Part shown: in pieces, positions 20,183-28,533 of the stretch | Layout of the letters: each line of letters begins with the position of its first letter | Numbering within the stretch: the stretch's first letter is position 1 | DNA from: Oscillospiraceae bacterium | GTDB taxonomy: Bacteria; Bacillota; Clostridia; Oscillospirales; Ruminococcaceae | NCBI GenBank assembly: GCA_045133675.1 | Contig: JBGUUS010000084.1 | Span: 1-39,513, forward strand | Reading direction: 5' to 3' | DNA length: 39,513 nt | The notes under the pieces: model-generated | Told to the model about the DNA's origin: nothing | The model's database searches: none | What the model saw: the letters and a program-made list of their open reading frames with translations, nothing else | Translations under genes and position numbers: made by a program

Positions 20183-20529
20183 CGCAAAAACAACCTGACG
20201 GCGCTTATGAGCATAACTGCGCCGAAAATACGCTTGAGCAGATCCGGGCGGATGCGGCTAAGAAGATATGCGCCGAGAAAAGCACCCGGCAGACCTGCGG
20301 CGGAGGCGAGAAGCAGATCGGGGATGCTGATCTTCTGTCCGGAAAAAAGCAGCAGGAACGACGTGATGCACGAGAGCGGCAGGGTGACGGCGATGGAGCC
20401 GGCGTGCGACTGCTGTGCGGTGAGACCGCATTTTTGCAGCATCGGTACGGCAAGCAGACCGCCGCCCGAACCGAATATTCCATTGAACAAACCGGCAAAC
20501 AGCCCGGCGAACAGACAGCGAAGCTTCAT
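20179..20529 (-). CDS. Half-size TauE/SafE (TSUP) sulfur-compound transporter
   Basis: NGIFGSGGG.LAVP motif; ATG at 20529 after AAGGAG; ATGA overlap with the next gene. Confidence 0.75.
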   Translation of the reverse strand: MKLRCLFAGLFAGLFNGIFGSGGGLLAVPMLQKCGLTAQQSHAGSIAVTLPLSCITSFLLLFSGQKISIPDLLLASAAGLPGAFLGAYLLSRIRPDLLKRIFGAVMLISAVRLFLR

Positions 20530-20593
20530 ACGATCAACTCCTTGCAAAGGTAAACGGCACATTCTGTCAGTAGAATGTGCCGTTTGATTCATT

Positions 20594-21298
20594 TTATGCA
20601 AGAAGCGTGTTTACTGCCCATGAGGCGAGAAGCAGACCGGCGGCCGGCGGACAAAAGCTGATGCTTGCCGGAGAATGGCGGCCGTTTTCCGAAGAAGTGA
20701 TGACCTGACGCGGCAGTTCGGTGGAAAAAAGCACCGGCTGGCGGTGGAGCTCACGCTTTTTGAGCTCGCGGCGCATGACCTTTGCAAGGCCGCATCCGCA
20801 TCCGGCGGTATCTTCGATCACGCCGATTTTAAATTTGGAGGGATCAAGGCGGTTGCCGGTGCCCAGACAGGTGATGCACGGGATGTTCCGTTCGCGGCAG
20901 GCCGCGGCGAGATCGAGCTTTGAGGTGACGGTGTCGATCGCATCGATCACGAGCATTGGCTGATGGGAAAAGAGAACATCGCGGTTTTCGGCGCTGTAAA
21001 AATCGTCGACGACGACCGTTTTGCAAAAAGGTGCCGCCTGCGAAAGGCGGTTTGCGGCCGCTTCGGTTTTCGCCTTGCCGATCATATCGGCGGTTGCGAA
21101 CTGCTGACGGTTCAGGTTCGTAACATCCACGGTGTCGTGATCCATCAGAATGAGCGTGCCGATGCCGCAGCGAGCGAGCGCTTCGGCACAGCTGCCGCCG
21201 ACACCGCCGAGTCCGACAACGGCAACGCAGGCGTTTTGCAGTTTCTGCACCGCGTCATCGCCCAAAAGCGCGCGGGTGCGGTCGAGTGCGTGCTGCAT
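20594..21298 (-). CDS. tcdA: tRNA threonylcarbamoyladenosine dehydratase (ThiF/E1-like)
   Basis: VGLGGVGG, DHDTVDVTNLNRQ, IDAID, GTGNRLDP, LAKVMRRELKKR, FSTE. Confidence 0.9.
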   Translation of the reverse strand: MQHALDRTRALLGDDAVQKLQNACVAVVGLGGVGGSCAEALARCGIGTLILMDHDTVDVTNLNRQQFATADMIGKAKTEAAANRLSQAAPFCKTVVVDDFYSAENRDVLFSHQPMLVIDAIDTVTSKLDLAAACRERNIPCITCLGTGNRLDPSKFKIGVIEDTAGCGCGLAKVMRRELKKRELHRQPVLFSTELPRQVITSSENGRHSPASISFCPPAAGLLLASWAVNTLLA

Positions 21299-21335
21299 AT
21301 ATCAAAACTCCTTTGCAAGAGAAATCGATAAAAAC

Positions 21336-21358
21336 AAAAGGGAGACCGAAGTCTCCCT
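21336..21358 (-). terminator. Intrinsic terminator of the 6S RNA
   Basis: On the minus strand: AGGGAGAC-UUCG-GUCUCCCU followed by UUUGUUUUU. Confidence 0.8.
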
Positions 21359-21362
21359 CTTG

Positions 21363-21550
21363 GATCCGCCCTGCCGTTTAATGTGCAGTAAACTACAAAC
21401 CCGCAGTCCAGCAGGTGGGAACCTCCTTGCTGCTTTTGCGCTCCCAACGTCCGCATAAAGCGGGAGGTCTGCATCCCCGGCAGAAGAGTCCGGTTCCCGA
21501 TAATATAAGTGTTGGATTTATATTATCCGCACGACGCACAGGGCAGAAAT
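21363..21550 (-). ncRNA. ssrS: 6S RNA
   Basis: About 185 nt with paired ends (UCUGCCCUG/CAGGGCGGA); contains the CCAACAC..GGGAAC..CCCACCUG..GCGGGUU..AACGGCAGGG pattern typical of clostridial 6S; followed by a terminator. Confidence 0.85.
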
Positions 21551-21612
21551 AAAACGGTTTCACCGTTCGGGTATCAGTATATCCCGAACATTGCGAAAAA
21601 ATGCCCGGAAGT

Positions 21613-21918
21613 TTATTCTTCTTCCGTGTTTTCGAAGAGATCTGCAAGTCTCTCGAGGAACATACGGCCGACGCGCTGATATTCTTCTTCATCGTCGATG
21701 GAGATCATCATCTCTTCTTCGTCGTTGCCGTCGCTTTTTAATACAACGAGCTCAGCATCGTCATCGAGCAGGTCTTCCGGCTGCTCGTAATACGGCATCA
21801 GAGCGAAATAACGGTCGTCGCCGATTTCCATAACGTCGAGCAGTTCAAAAGCCTGTTCCACGCCTTCTTCGTCAACCAGGGTGAAGATTTCCGGATTGTA
21901 ATCCATTTCGTTGGACAT
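21613..21918 (-). CDS. DUF1292 domain protein
   Basis: FTLVDEEGVEQAFELLD...YFAL...SIDDEEEY; very acidic; RBS AAAGGAGG. Confidence 0.88.
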   Translation of the reverse strand: MSNEMDYNPEIFTLVDEEGVEQAFELLDVMEIGDDRYFALMPYYEQPEDLLDDDAELVVLKSDGNDEEEMMISIDDEEEYQRVGRMFLERLADLFENTEEE

Positions 21919-22067
21919 AATGTGTCCGCCTCCTTTATAAAACGGTGCAAAAATTGATGCACCATAGATTTCTATTTTAATAGTAACAACTTTGGAATGC
22001 AATGTCAAGCGAAAAAATTTTGTTGTTAATTTTAAATAAAACAGCGAAAAAATTTTTCGAAAAACTG

Positions 22068-22096
22068 TTGACAAACCTGTTGACCTGTGGTATATT
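22068..22096 (+). promoter_or_regulatory. Strong sigma-A promoter driving the 22.1-23.1 kb transcript
   Basis: TTGACA (22068-73), 17-nt spacer, TATATT (22091-96) with TG extension, and an A/T-rich UP-element-like region upstream. Confidence 0.8.
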
Positions 22097-22495
22097 ATAA
22101 CCAGGATAAGAGAAGGGAACGAAGAGAACAGAGAAGACCTTCATAGGATCCTCAAAAACTGAATACAAGGAGGAACAGCATAATGTGCTTTGACGAACCG
22201 ATCGGCCAGTTCCGTATGGTAAGAGCACAGAGCTGCATCCGCTGAGTAAAAAGAATATCGGAGTAAAACAGAAGGCAGAGATCCTTCGACCGATACAATC
22301 ACAACGATTAGAACTTACTGGCGGATTGCACCGAAGCCGAAAGGCCGATCCGCTCTTACCATACTAAAACGAAAAGCGGCACATCCGCCGCAAAAACACC
22401 GGATGTTAGGATATAAATCAAAGGTATCCAAAAAACAGCCAGTGAAAGGAGAAAAGGTGATACCCGATGTACAGCTGATCTGTATAATCGACCAT

Positions 22496-23040
22496 TTCAA
22501 AAGAAAAAGGTGTTACCAATGAAATAGTCATGGCGGCCCCAGAATTTCATCCGTGAAACGAAAAGGACCACAATGTTGACAAATGTGAAAACTTTCGTGT
22601 AAGCCAATCATCGACCGTAACGAAAGGATGATGACGATGTTCACAACCAGAGTGCTCATTGAAAAATCGGAAAGGAGACAATCCACCGAAAGTCTTCACC
22701 CGTAAGGGAACCATGGCAGCCAATAGGGTGTCATGGAATAAGTAGGGCCACATCGTTATAGTAAAAAAACAAATCTCAGGTAAAAACCATAAATTCAAAA
22801 AGAAATAGGTGTTACCAATGAAATAGTCACGGCGGCTCCTGACCATTCTATAAAGAAAAGGTGAGTCCAATGTACTAAAAAGCTTTCGTTCGACCCATAA
22901 CGAGCCAACGAAAGGACGATGACGTATGTACAGTAAAAGAAAGGTTACACGAGCAGAAACGGCAAAGAGGAGTTTTTCCACCGAACACGCTCGCCCGTAA
23001 GGGAGCCCGATGAAGGTCGGGCAGAAAAACATCCGTCATA
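22496..23040 (+). repeat. Two diverged tandem units (~22496-22760 and ~22794-23040, offset ~299 nt)
   Basis: AGGTGTTACCAATGAAATAGTCAYGGCGGC at 22508 and 22807 (29/30 identical); CTTTCGT, ACGAAAGGAYGATGACG, TCCACCGAA and CCCGTAAGGGA occur in the same order in both units. Confidence 0.85.
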
Positions 23041-23061
23041 GGAAATCAAAACTGAATAGCT

Positions 23062-23093
23062 AAATGAGCCGCCTGAGAATAGGCGGCTCATTT
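23062..23093 (+). terminator. Hairpin terminator closing the candidate RNA
   Basis: AAATGAGCCGCCT/AGGCGGCTCATTT 13-bp perfect stem; the U-tract is short. Confidence 0.7.
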
Positions 23094-23120
23094 CGTCTTA
23101 GTGAAAAAGGAGGTAGTATT

Positions 23121-23717
23121 GTGAAAAAAAGAATATTCGCTGTATTGGCTGCCTTGATCCTCCTTTTTATTGCATGCAGCTCAGCGCCGGAAGTCGAATA
23201 CGGTCCGGACGTGGAAAATCCGTATCCGGAAGTGCGGGGTCCTGCTTTGGGTTGTCCGATGCTGATAACACCGCAGGAGATGCTCAAAGACGGTGGCTCT
23301 TACGTGGAGGGCGTTATAAAAACGATCAATCCGCCCACGACAAAAGAAACGAAAGCTGAATGGTTTGAGGTACTGCTGGACAAAAATCCGGATGCGAAAT
23401 TGCCGGATACTACGTATTATTCTTTCGATTTCGAAGTGAAACGTGTGCTTGCCGGTGAGAAGGTACCCAATGAAATCACTGTGTATACCATTTTTCAAAG
23501 TGCGCTCCCTCCGGAAATGAAAGAAGGCGACCGGTTTGTTGTTGGGATAGAAGCATCGGAAACGGAACATACATGCAGTTTATTGAACGTTTTTGATTCG
23601 TTCTACTACATCTCCGAGGAAAACCGCATATATCCCGGCTGTCGTTTCGGCTATTCGTTAGAGTGCACCGGAATGACGGTGGATATGTTCAAAGATGCGC
23701 TGAACAAAAAAGAATAA
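23121..23717 (+). CDS. Lipoprotein of unknown function
   Basis: RBS AAAGGAGGT, GTG start, signal peptide with lipobox FIAC. Confidence 0.8.
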   Translation: MKKRIFAVLAALILLFIACSSAPEVEYGPDVENPYPEVRGPALGCPMLITPQEMLKDGGSYVEGVIKTINPPTTKETKAEWFEVLLDKNPDAKLPDTTYYSFDFEVKRVLAGEKVPNEITVYTIFQSALPPEMKEGDRFVVGIEASETEHTCSLLNVFDSFYYISEENRIYPGCRFGYSLECTGMTVDMFKDALNKKE

Positions 23718-23728
23718 GGACAATTCAG

Positions 23729-23765
23729 CAAGAGGACATCGCGCCGTGTCCTCTTGTCTTTTTTA
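23729..23765 (+). terminator. Intrinsic terminator
   Basis: CAAGAGGACA/TGTCCTCTTG stem followed by a T tract. Confidence 0.8.
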
Positions 23766-23812
23766 TAAAAATCGGGTATGATAGTAGCAGACCATTGCAA
23801 AGGGGTTTTTTT

Positions 23813-25576
23813 ATGGCACTTGACGGTGCATTCTTATATCTCACCGCCGCCGAATTGCGCGAAACGCTGATCGGCACACGCGTTGAAAAAATCGCACAGC
23901 CCTCAAAAGAGGAGCTTGTGTTCACATTCCGCCTGCGCGGCGGAAGCAAAAAGGTGCTGTTTTCGGCAAATGCGGCAAGCCCGCGCGTCCATTTCACGCA
24001 GATTCCGCTGGAAAACCCGAAAACACCGCCGATGTTCTGTATGCTTCTGCGCAAGCATATCGGCTCGGGCAAGCTGCTTGCTATTCACCAGGACGGGCTC
24101 GACCGCATCCTCTCGTTCGATTTTGAGACGGTCAACGAGCTGGGCGATACCGTCGTCATCACGCTGACGGCGGAGATCATGGGACGTCACTCGAACCTCA
24201 TTCTGATCAATCACGACGGCCGCATCATCGACGCGATCAAGCGCGTATCCGACGAGGTTTCGAGTGTTCGAACGGTTTTGCCGGGCGGAACGTATAAAAA
24301 ACCGCCGGAGCAGGACAAACTCGATCTCATCACTGCCGAGGACAGCGAGATCATGCAGCGGTTTCTCGCGCTCCCGGGTATCGACTGTGCAAAATCGCTG
24401 ATGCAGACGCTTTCGGGCATTTCGCCGATTCTTTCGCGTGAGGTGATCTACCGCGCGCTCAAAGGACAGGACATCGACAAGCCGCGCCTTTCCGAATACT
24501 ACAAAAACCGCATCCGTGAGGAGATCGCACAGCTGCGTGACCGGCTGAAAACGGGCGAAACGGAGCTTGTGACCGTACTGGATGAGGAGAAAAAGATCCG
24601 CGAGTTCACGATGTACGATATTCAGCAGTACGGCGCGGTCGAAAAGAAAGAGACGTTCGCTTCGCCGAGCGAGCTGCTCGATCAGTTCTATGCCGAGCGC
24701 GACCGCGTTGCGAGAATGAAGCAGCGTTCGCACGATCTTTTGAAGCTGCTGCTCAACGCGACCGACCGCATCACGAAAAAGCTCGCACTGCAGGAGGAAG
24801 AACTCCGCACCTGCGCCGACCGCGAACAGCTCCGCATCTGCGGCGATCTGTTAAACGCGAACCTCTGGCAGATGACGAAGGGTGACCGCGTGGTAACGGT
24901 GCAGAATTTCTATGAGGAGGACTGCCGCGAGATCGAGATCAAGCTGGATCCGCGCCTGACCCCGGCGCAGAACGCGCAGAAATACTATTCCGAGTACCGC
25001 AAAGCTGCAACCGCAGAAGATATGCTCAAGGATCTGATGGCAAAATCGCGGCAGGAGCTCGAATATCTCGACAGCGTGTTCGACGCCGTTTCGCGAACCG
25101 AAGGCGAGAGCGAACTGCTTGAGATCCGCGAGGAATTGGCGGAACAGGGTTACATCCGTCTGCCGAAGAAGCAGAACCGGATGCTCAAGGCACAGCCGCC
25201 GCTTGAATATATCTCCTCGGACGGATTCACGATCCTCTGCGGCAGAAACAACAAGCAAAACGACAAGCTGACGATGAAGATCGCGAAGAACTACGACCTC
25301 TGGCTGCACACGCAGTCGATCGCCGGTTCGCACGTTATCGTCATCGCCGACGGAAAAGAGATCCCGGACCGCACCATCACCGAAGCGGCGATCATTGCGG
25401 CGTATCATTCGAAAGGCCGCGAATCCTCGCAGGTTGCGGTCGATTATACGCGGATCAAATACGTCAAAAAGCCGGTCGGTGCAAAACCGGGCAAGGTGAT
25501 CTTCACCGATTACTACACCGCGTTCGTAACGCCGGATGAGGCGCTTGTTCAGTCGCTTTCGGCACAAAAGGCTTGA
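23813..25576 (+). CDS. rqcH: NFACT family ribosome quality control protein RqcH (FbpA/PavA-like)
   Basis: MALDG, PPMFCMLLRKHI, LDRI, EIMGRHSNLIL, NAQKYY, GRNNKQND.LT, WLH...GSHV, VKKP.GAKPG.V. Confidence 0.93.
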   Translation: MALDGAFLYLTAAELRETLIGTRVEKIAQPSKEELVFTFRLRGGSKKVLFSANAASPRVHFTQIPLENPKTPPMFCMLLRKHIGSGKLLAIHQDGLDRILSFDFETVNELGDTVVITLTAEIMGRHSNLILINHDGRIIDAIKRVSDEVSSVRTVLPGGTYKKPPEQDKLDLITAEDSEIMQRFLALPGIDCAKSLMQTLSGISPILSREVIYRALKGQDIDKPRLSEYYKNRIREEIAQLRDRLKTGETELVTVLDEEKKIREFTMYDIQQYGAVEKKETFASPSELLDQFYAERDRVARMKQRSHDLLKLLLNATDRITKKLALQEEELRTCADREQLRICGDLLNANLWQMTKGDRVVTVQNFYEEDCREIEIKLDPRLTPAQNAQKYYSEYRKAATAEDMLKDLMAKSRQELEYLDSVFDAVSRTEGESELLEIREELAEQGYIRLPKKQNRMLKAQPPLEYISSDGFTILCGRNNKQNDKLTMKIAKNYDLWLHTQSIAGSHVIVIADGKEIPDRTITEAAIIAAYHSKGRESSQVAVDYTRIKYVKKPVGAKPGKVIFTDYYTAFVTPDEALVQSLSAQKA

Positions 25577-25601
25577 CAACCGCGGTGCGTTTGCATATAA
25601 T
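25573..25601 (+). promoter_or_regulatory. Sigma-A promoter of the valS leader
   Basis: TTGACA-N17-TATAAT, perfect consensus. Confidence 0.88.
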
Positions 25602-25614
25602 AAAAGAGATATCG

Positions 25615-25885
25615 AACCGGCTTTGACGGGGAGGAGTACGTTTTATCCGGACGTACAGAGAGAAGATGGTTGGTGCAAATCTTCCGGCGGATAGGACAGA
25701 AGGTAGCCCCTGAGCTTTGAACCGAACGGCGCGCATGCGCTCAGTAGACTTCAACGGAATCCCACCGTTAACGGGGAAGCGGCGTATTTGCGCCGGACGA
25801 GTGCGGCATTTTGTGCCGAATTCAGGTGGTAACACGGAACTTTTCCGCCCTGAGCAATTTTGCTTCAGGGCGGTTTTCTTTTTTA
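25615..25885 (+). promoter_or_regulatory. T-box riboswitch (Val)
   Basis: AGAGA/GGTGC stem I motifs, probable specifier GTA (Val) at 25703-05, T-box AATTCAGGTGGTAACACGG at 25819, terminator GCCCTGAGC..GCTTCAGGGC plus T tract; lies upstream of valS. Confidence 0.92.
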
Positions 25886-25902
25886 AGAAAGGATTGAAAA
25901 AC

Positions 25903-28521
25903 ATGAGCAGAGAACTGGCAAAAACGTATGATCCGAAAAGCTTTGAGGATCGAATCTATCAGTTCTGGGTTGACGGCGGCTATTTCACCGCTGAATGCGA
26001 CCCGGAGAAAACACCGTATACGATCGTTATTCCGCCGCCGAACATCACCGGTCAGCTTCACATGGGTCATGCACTGGACAACACCCTGCAGGATATCCTG
26101 ATCCGCTTCAAGAGAATGCAGGGCTTCGACACCCTGTGGCTGCCGGGCACCGACCACGCATCCATCGCAACGGAAGCAAAAATCGTTGAGAAAATGCGTC
26201 AGGAAGGCATCACCAAAGCCGACATCGGACGTGAAGGCTTCCTCGAGCGCGCATGGGCATGGAAAAAACAGTACGGCGGCCGCATCATTGAGCAGCTCAA
26301 AAAGCTCGGCTCTTCCTGTGACTGGACCCGCGAGCGCTTTACGCTCGACGAAGGCTGCAACAAAGCCGTAAACGAGGTTTTCGTACGCCTGTATGAAAAA
26401 GGCCTGATCTACCGCGGCGAGCGCATCATCAACTGGTGCCCGCACTGCAAAACCTCCATCTCCGATGCAGAGGTTGAGTATGAAGAGCAGGCAGGTCACT
26501 TCTGGCACCTGCGCTATCCGTTTGCGGATGGCAGCGGCTATCTGGAACTGGCTACCACCCGTCCGGAGACCCTCCTGGGCGATACCGCGGTTGCGGTAAA
26601 CCCGAACGACGAGCGCTATAAAGACATGGTCGGCAAAATGCTGATCCTGCCGCTTGTTGGCCGCGCGATCCCGGTTGTTGCGGACGACTACGTAGAAATG
26701 GATTTCGGTACCGGTGTTGTTAAGATCACGCCGGCACACGACCCGAACGACTTTGAGGTTGGTCTTCGCCACAACCTGCCGATCATCAATGTAATGACCG
26801 ACGACGCACACATCAACGAAAACGGCGGCAAATACGCAGGTATGGACCGCTACGAGGCAAGAAAAGCAATCGTTGCTGATCTCGAGGCAGAAGGCGCGCT
26901 CGTCCGCATCGAAAACTACACCCACAACGTTGGCACCTGCTATCGCTGTGCTTCCACCGTTGAGCCGCGCGTTTCCAAACAGTGGTTCGTTAAAATGAAA
27001 CCGCTGGCAGGTCCGGCAATCGACGCGGTTAAGAACGAAGAGACGAAATTCGTTCCGCAGCGCTTCGAGAAGGTTTACTTCCACTGGCTCGAGAACATCA
27101 AAGACTGGTGCATCTCCCGTCAGCTTTGGTGGGGTCACCGCATCCCGGCGTGGTACTGCGCTGACTGCGGCGAAATCACCGTAGCAAAAGAAGCACCGCA
27201 CGCTTGTGCACACTGCGGCAGCAAGAACATTGAGCAGGATCCGGATACGCTGGATACCTGGTTCTCCTCCGCTCTTTGGCCGTTCTCCACGCTCGGCTGG
27301 CCGGAAGAAACCGACGATCTGAAACACTTCTACCCGACCAATACGCTCGTTACCGGTTACGATATCATCCCGTTCTGGGTTATGCGTATGATGTTCTCGG
27401 GCATTGAGCAGACCGGTCAGGTTCCGTTCGACACCGTTTTGATCCACGGTCTCGTCCGCGATGCACAGGGCAGAAAGATGTCCAAATCGCTCGGCAACGG
27501 CATCGATCCGCTGGAAATCATCGACCAGTACGGCGCTGACGCACTGCGTCTTGCTCTCGTTACCGGCAACAGCCCGGGCAACGATATGCGTTTCTCCGAC
27601 GATAAGATCAAAGCGGCACGTAACTTTGCAAACAAACTCTGGAACGCAACCCGCTTTATCCTCATGAACCTCACCGACGAGGTAACCGACTGCGCACTGC
27701 CGGCAACGCTGGCGATCGAGGACAAATGGGTTCTCTCGCAGTACAACCGCCTTGTTAAAGAGGTCACCGAGAACCTCGATAAATACGAGCTCGGCATCGC
27801 AGAGCAGAAGATCTACGACTTCCTCTGGGATGTTCTGTGCGACTGGTACATCGAGCTGACGAAAGCACGTCTGCAGGCAGGCGGTGAGACCGCACTGAAC
27901 GCACAGAAAGTTCTCGCGTTCCTCATGTCCAACACCGCAAAACTCCTGCATCCGTTCATGCCGTTTATCACCGAGGAGATCTGGCAGGCTCTGCCGACTT
28001 CCGAAGAGACGATCATGAAATCGGCTTGGCCGGTATACGACGAAGCACTCAACTTTGCCGATGAAGAGCGCGAGTTCACCCGTATCATGGAAGCGATCAA
28101 AGAGATCCGCAACACCCGTTCGGAGATGAACGTTCCGCCGTCCCGCAAAGCGGCTGTCTATGTTGCAACCGACTTTGAGGCGATCTTCAACGACTGCGCA
28201 CCGTTCTTTGTCCGCCTTGCTTCCGCATCCGAAGTTAAGGTTGCAAAAGAGCACGCTATCGACGGCGCGGTACAGATCGCAACGCAGAGCGCACGCATCT
28301 TCCTGCCGATGGACGACCTGATTGACAAGGACAAAGAGCGCGAGAGACTCACCCGTGAAAAGGAAAAGGCCGAAAAAGAGGTCATGATCCACACGAACAA
28401 GCTCGCGAACGAGAACTTCGTCTCCAAAGCACCGGAGAAGGTTGTAAACGAGATTCGCGAAAAACTCGCAAAAGCAAAAGAACTCCTCGAGAAGATCGAG
28501 TCGAGCCTTGCAGCGCTGTAA
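25903..28521 (+). CDS. valS: Valine--tRNA ligase
   Basis: [13 protein letters not shown] (HIGH), [20 protein letters not shown]-terminal coiled coil. Confidence 0.98.
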   Translation: MSRELAKTYDPKSFEDRIYQFWVDGGYFTAECDPEKTPYTIVIPPPNITGQLHMGHALDNTLQDILIRFKRMQGFDTLWLPGTDHASIATEAKIVEKMRQEGITKADIGREGFLERAWAWKKQYGGRIIEQLKKLGSSCDWTRERFTLDEGCNKAVNEVFVRLYEKGLIYRGERIINWCPHCKTSISDAEVEYEEQAGHFWHLRYPFADGSGYLELATTRPETLLGDTAVAVNPNDERYKDMVGKMLILPLVGRAIPVVADDYVEMDFGTGVVKITPAHDPNDFEVGLRHNLPIINVMTDDAHINENGGKYAGMDRYEARKAIVADLEAEGALVRIENYTHNVGTCYRCASTVEPRVSKQWFVKMKPLAGPAIDAVKNEETKFVPQRFEKVYFHWLENIKDWCISRQLWWGHRIPAWYCADCGEITVAKEAPHACAHCGSKNIEQDPDTLDTWFSSALWPFSTLGWPEETDDLKHFYPTNTLVTGYDIIPFWVMRMMFSGIEQTGQVPFDTVLIHGLVRDAQGRKMSKSLGNGIDPLEIIDQYGADALRLALVTGNSPGNDMRFSDDKIKAARNFANKLWNATRFILMNLTDEVTDCALPATLAIEDKWVLSQYNRLVKEVTENLDKYELGIAEQKIYDFLWDVLCDWYIELTKARLQAGGETALNAQKVLAFLMSNTAKLLHPFMPFITEEIWQALPTSEETIMKSAWPVYDEALNFADEEREFTRIMEAIKEIRNTRSEMNVPPSRKAAVYVATDFEAIFNDCAPFFVRLASASEVKVAKEHAIDGAVQIATQSARIFLPMDDLIDKDKERERLTREKEKAEKEVMIHTNKLANENFVSKAPEKVVNEIREKLAKAKELLEKIESSLAAL

Positions 28522-28533
28522 TTGAAAAGATAG

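Larger units (their letters stand above)
22103..23093 (+). ncRNA. Candidate large structured RNA / micro-ORF array (unassigned family)
   Basis: Own promoter and terminator; no + strand ORF of 60 aa or more; many perfect helices; tandem ~300-nt units; repeated SD+AUG micro-ORFs. Confidence 0.6.

Noticed and set aside
22620-22640. GATGATGA/GAAA motifs as a hammerhead ribozyme or box C/D element
   Set aside because: No CUGAUGA core with correctly arranged stems, and the second unit reads GACGATGA
22496-22840. 30-nt repeat pair as a CRISPR or TIGR-like array
   Set aside because: Only two copies, 299 nt apart, with homology continuing through the supposed spacer; no cas or Nop-domain gene in the window
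22547-23032. 161-aa minus-strand ORF (and 22315-22500) across the candidate RNA
   Set aside because: F/L-rich translation is just the complement of the A-rich + strand; no family resemblance; promoter, SD motifs and terminator all point to the + strand
25822-28392. 856-aa antisense ORF over valS (likewise 28646-30580, 18209-19303 and 12580-13713)
   Set aside because: Antisense shadows of well-supported genes
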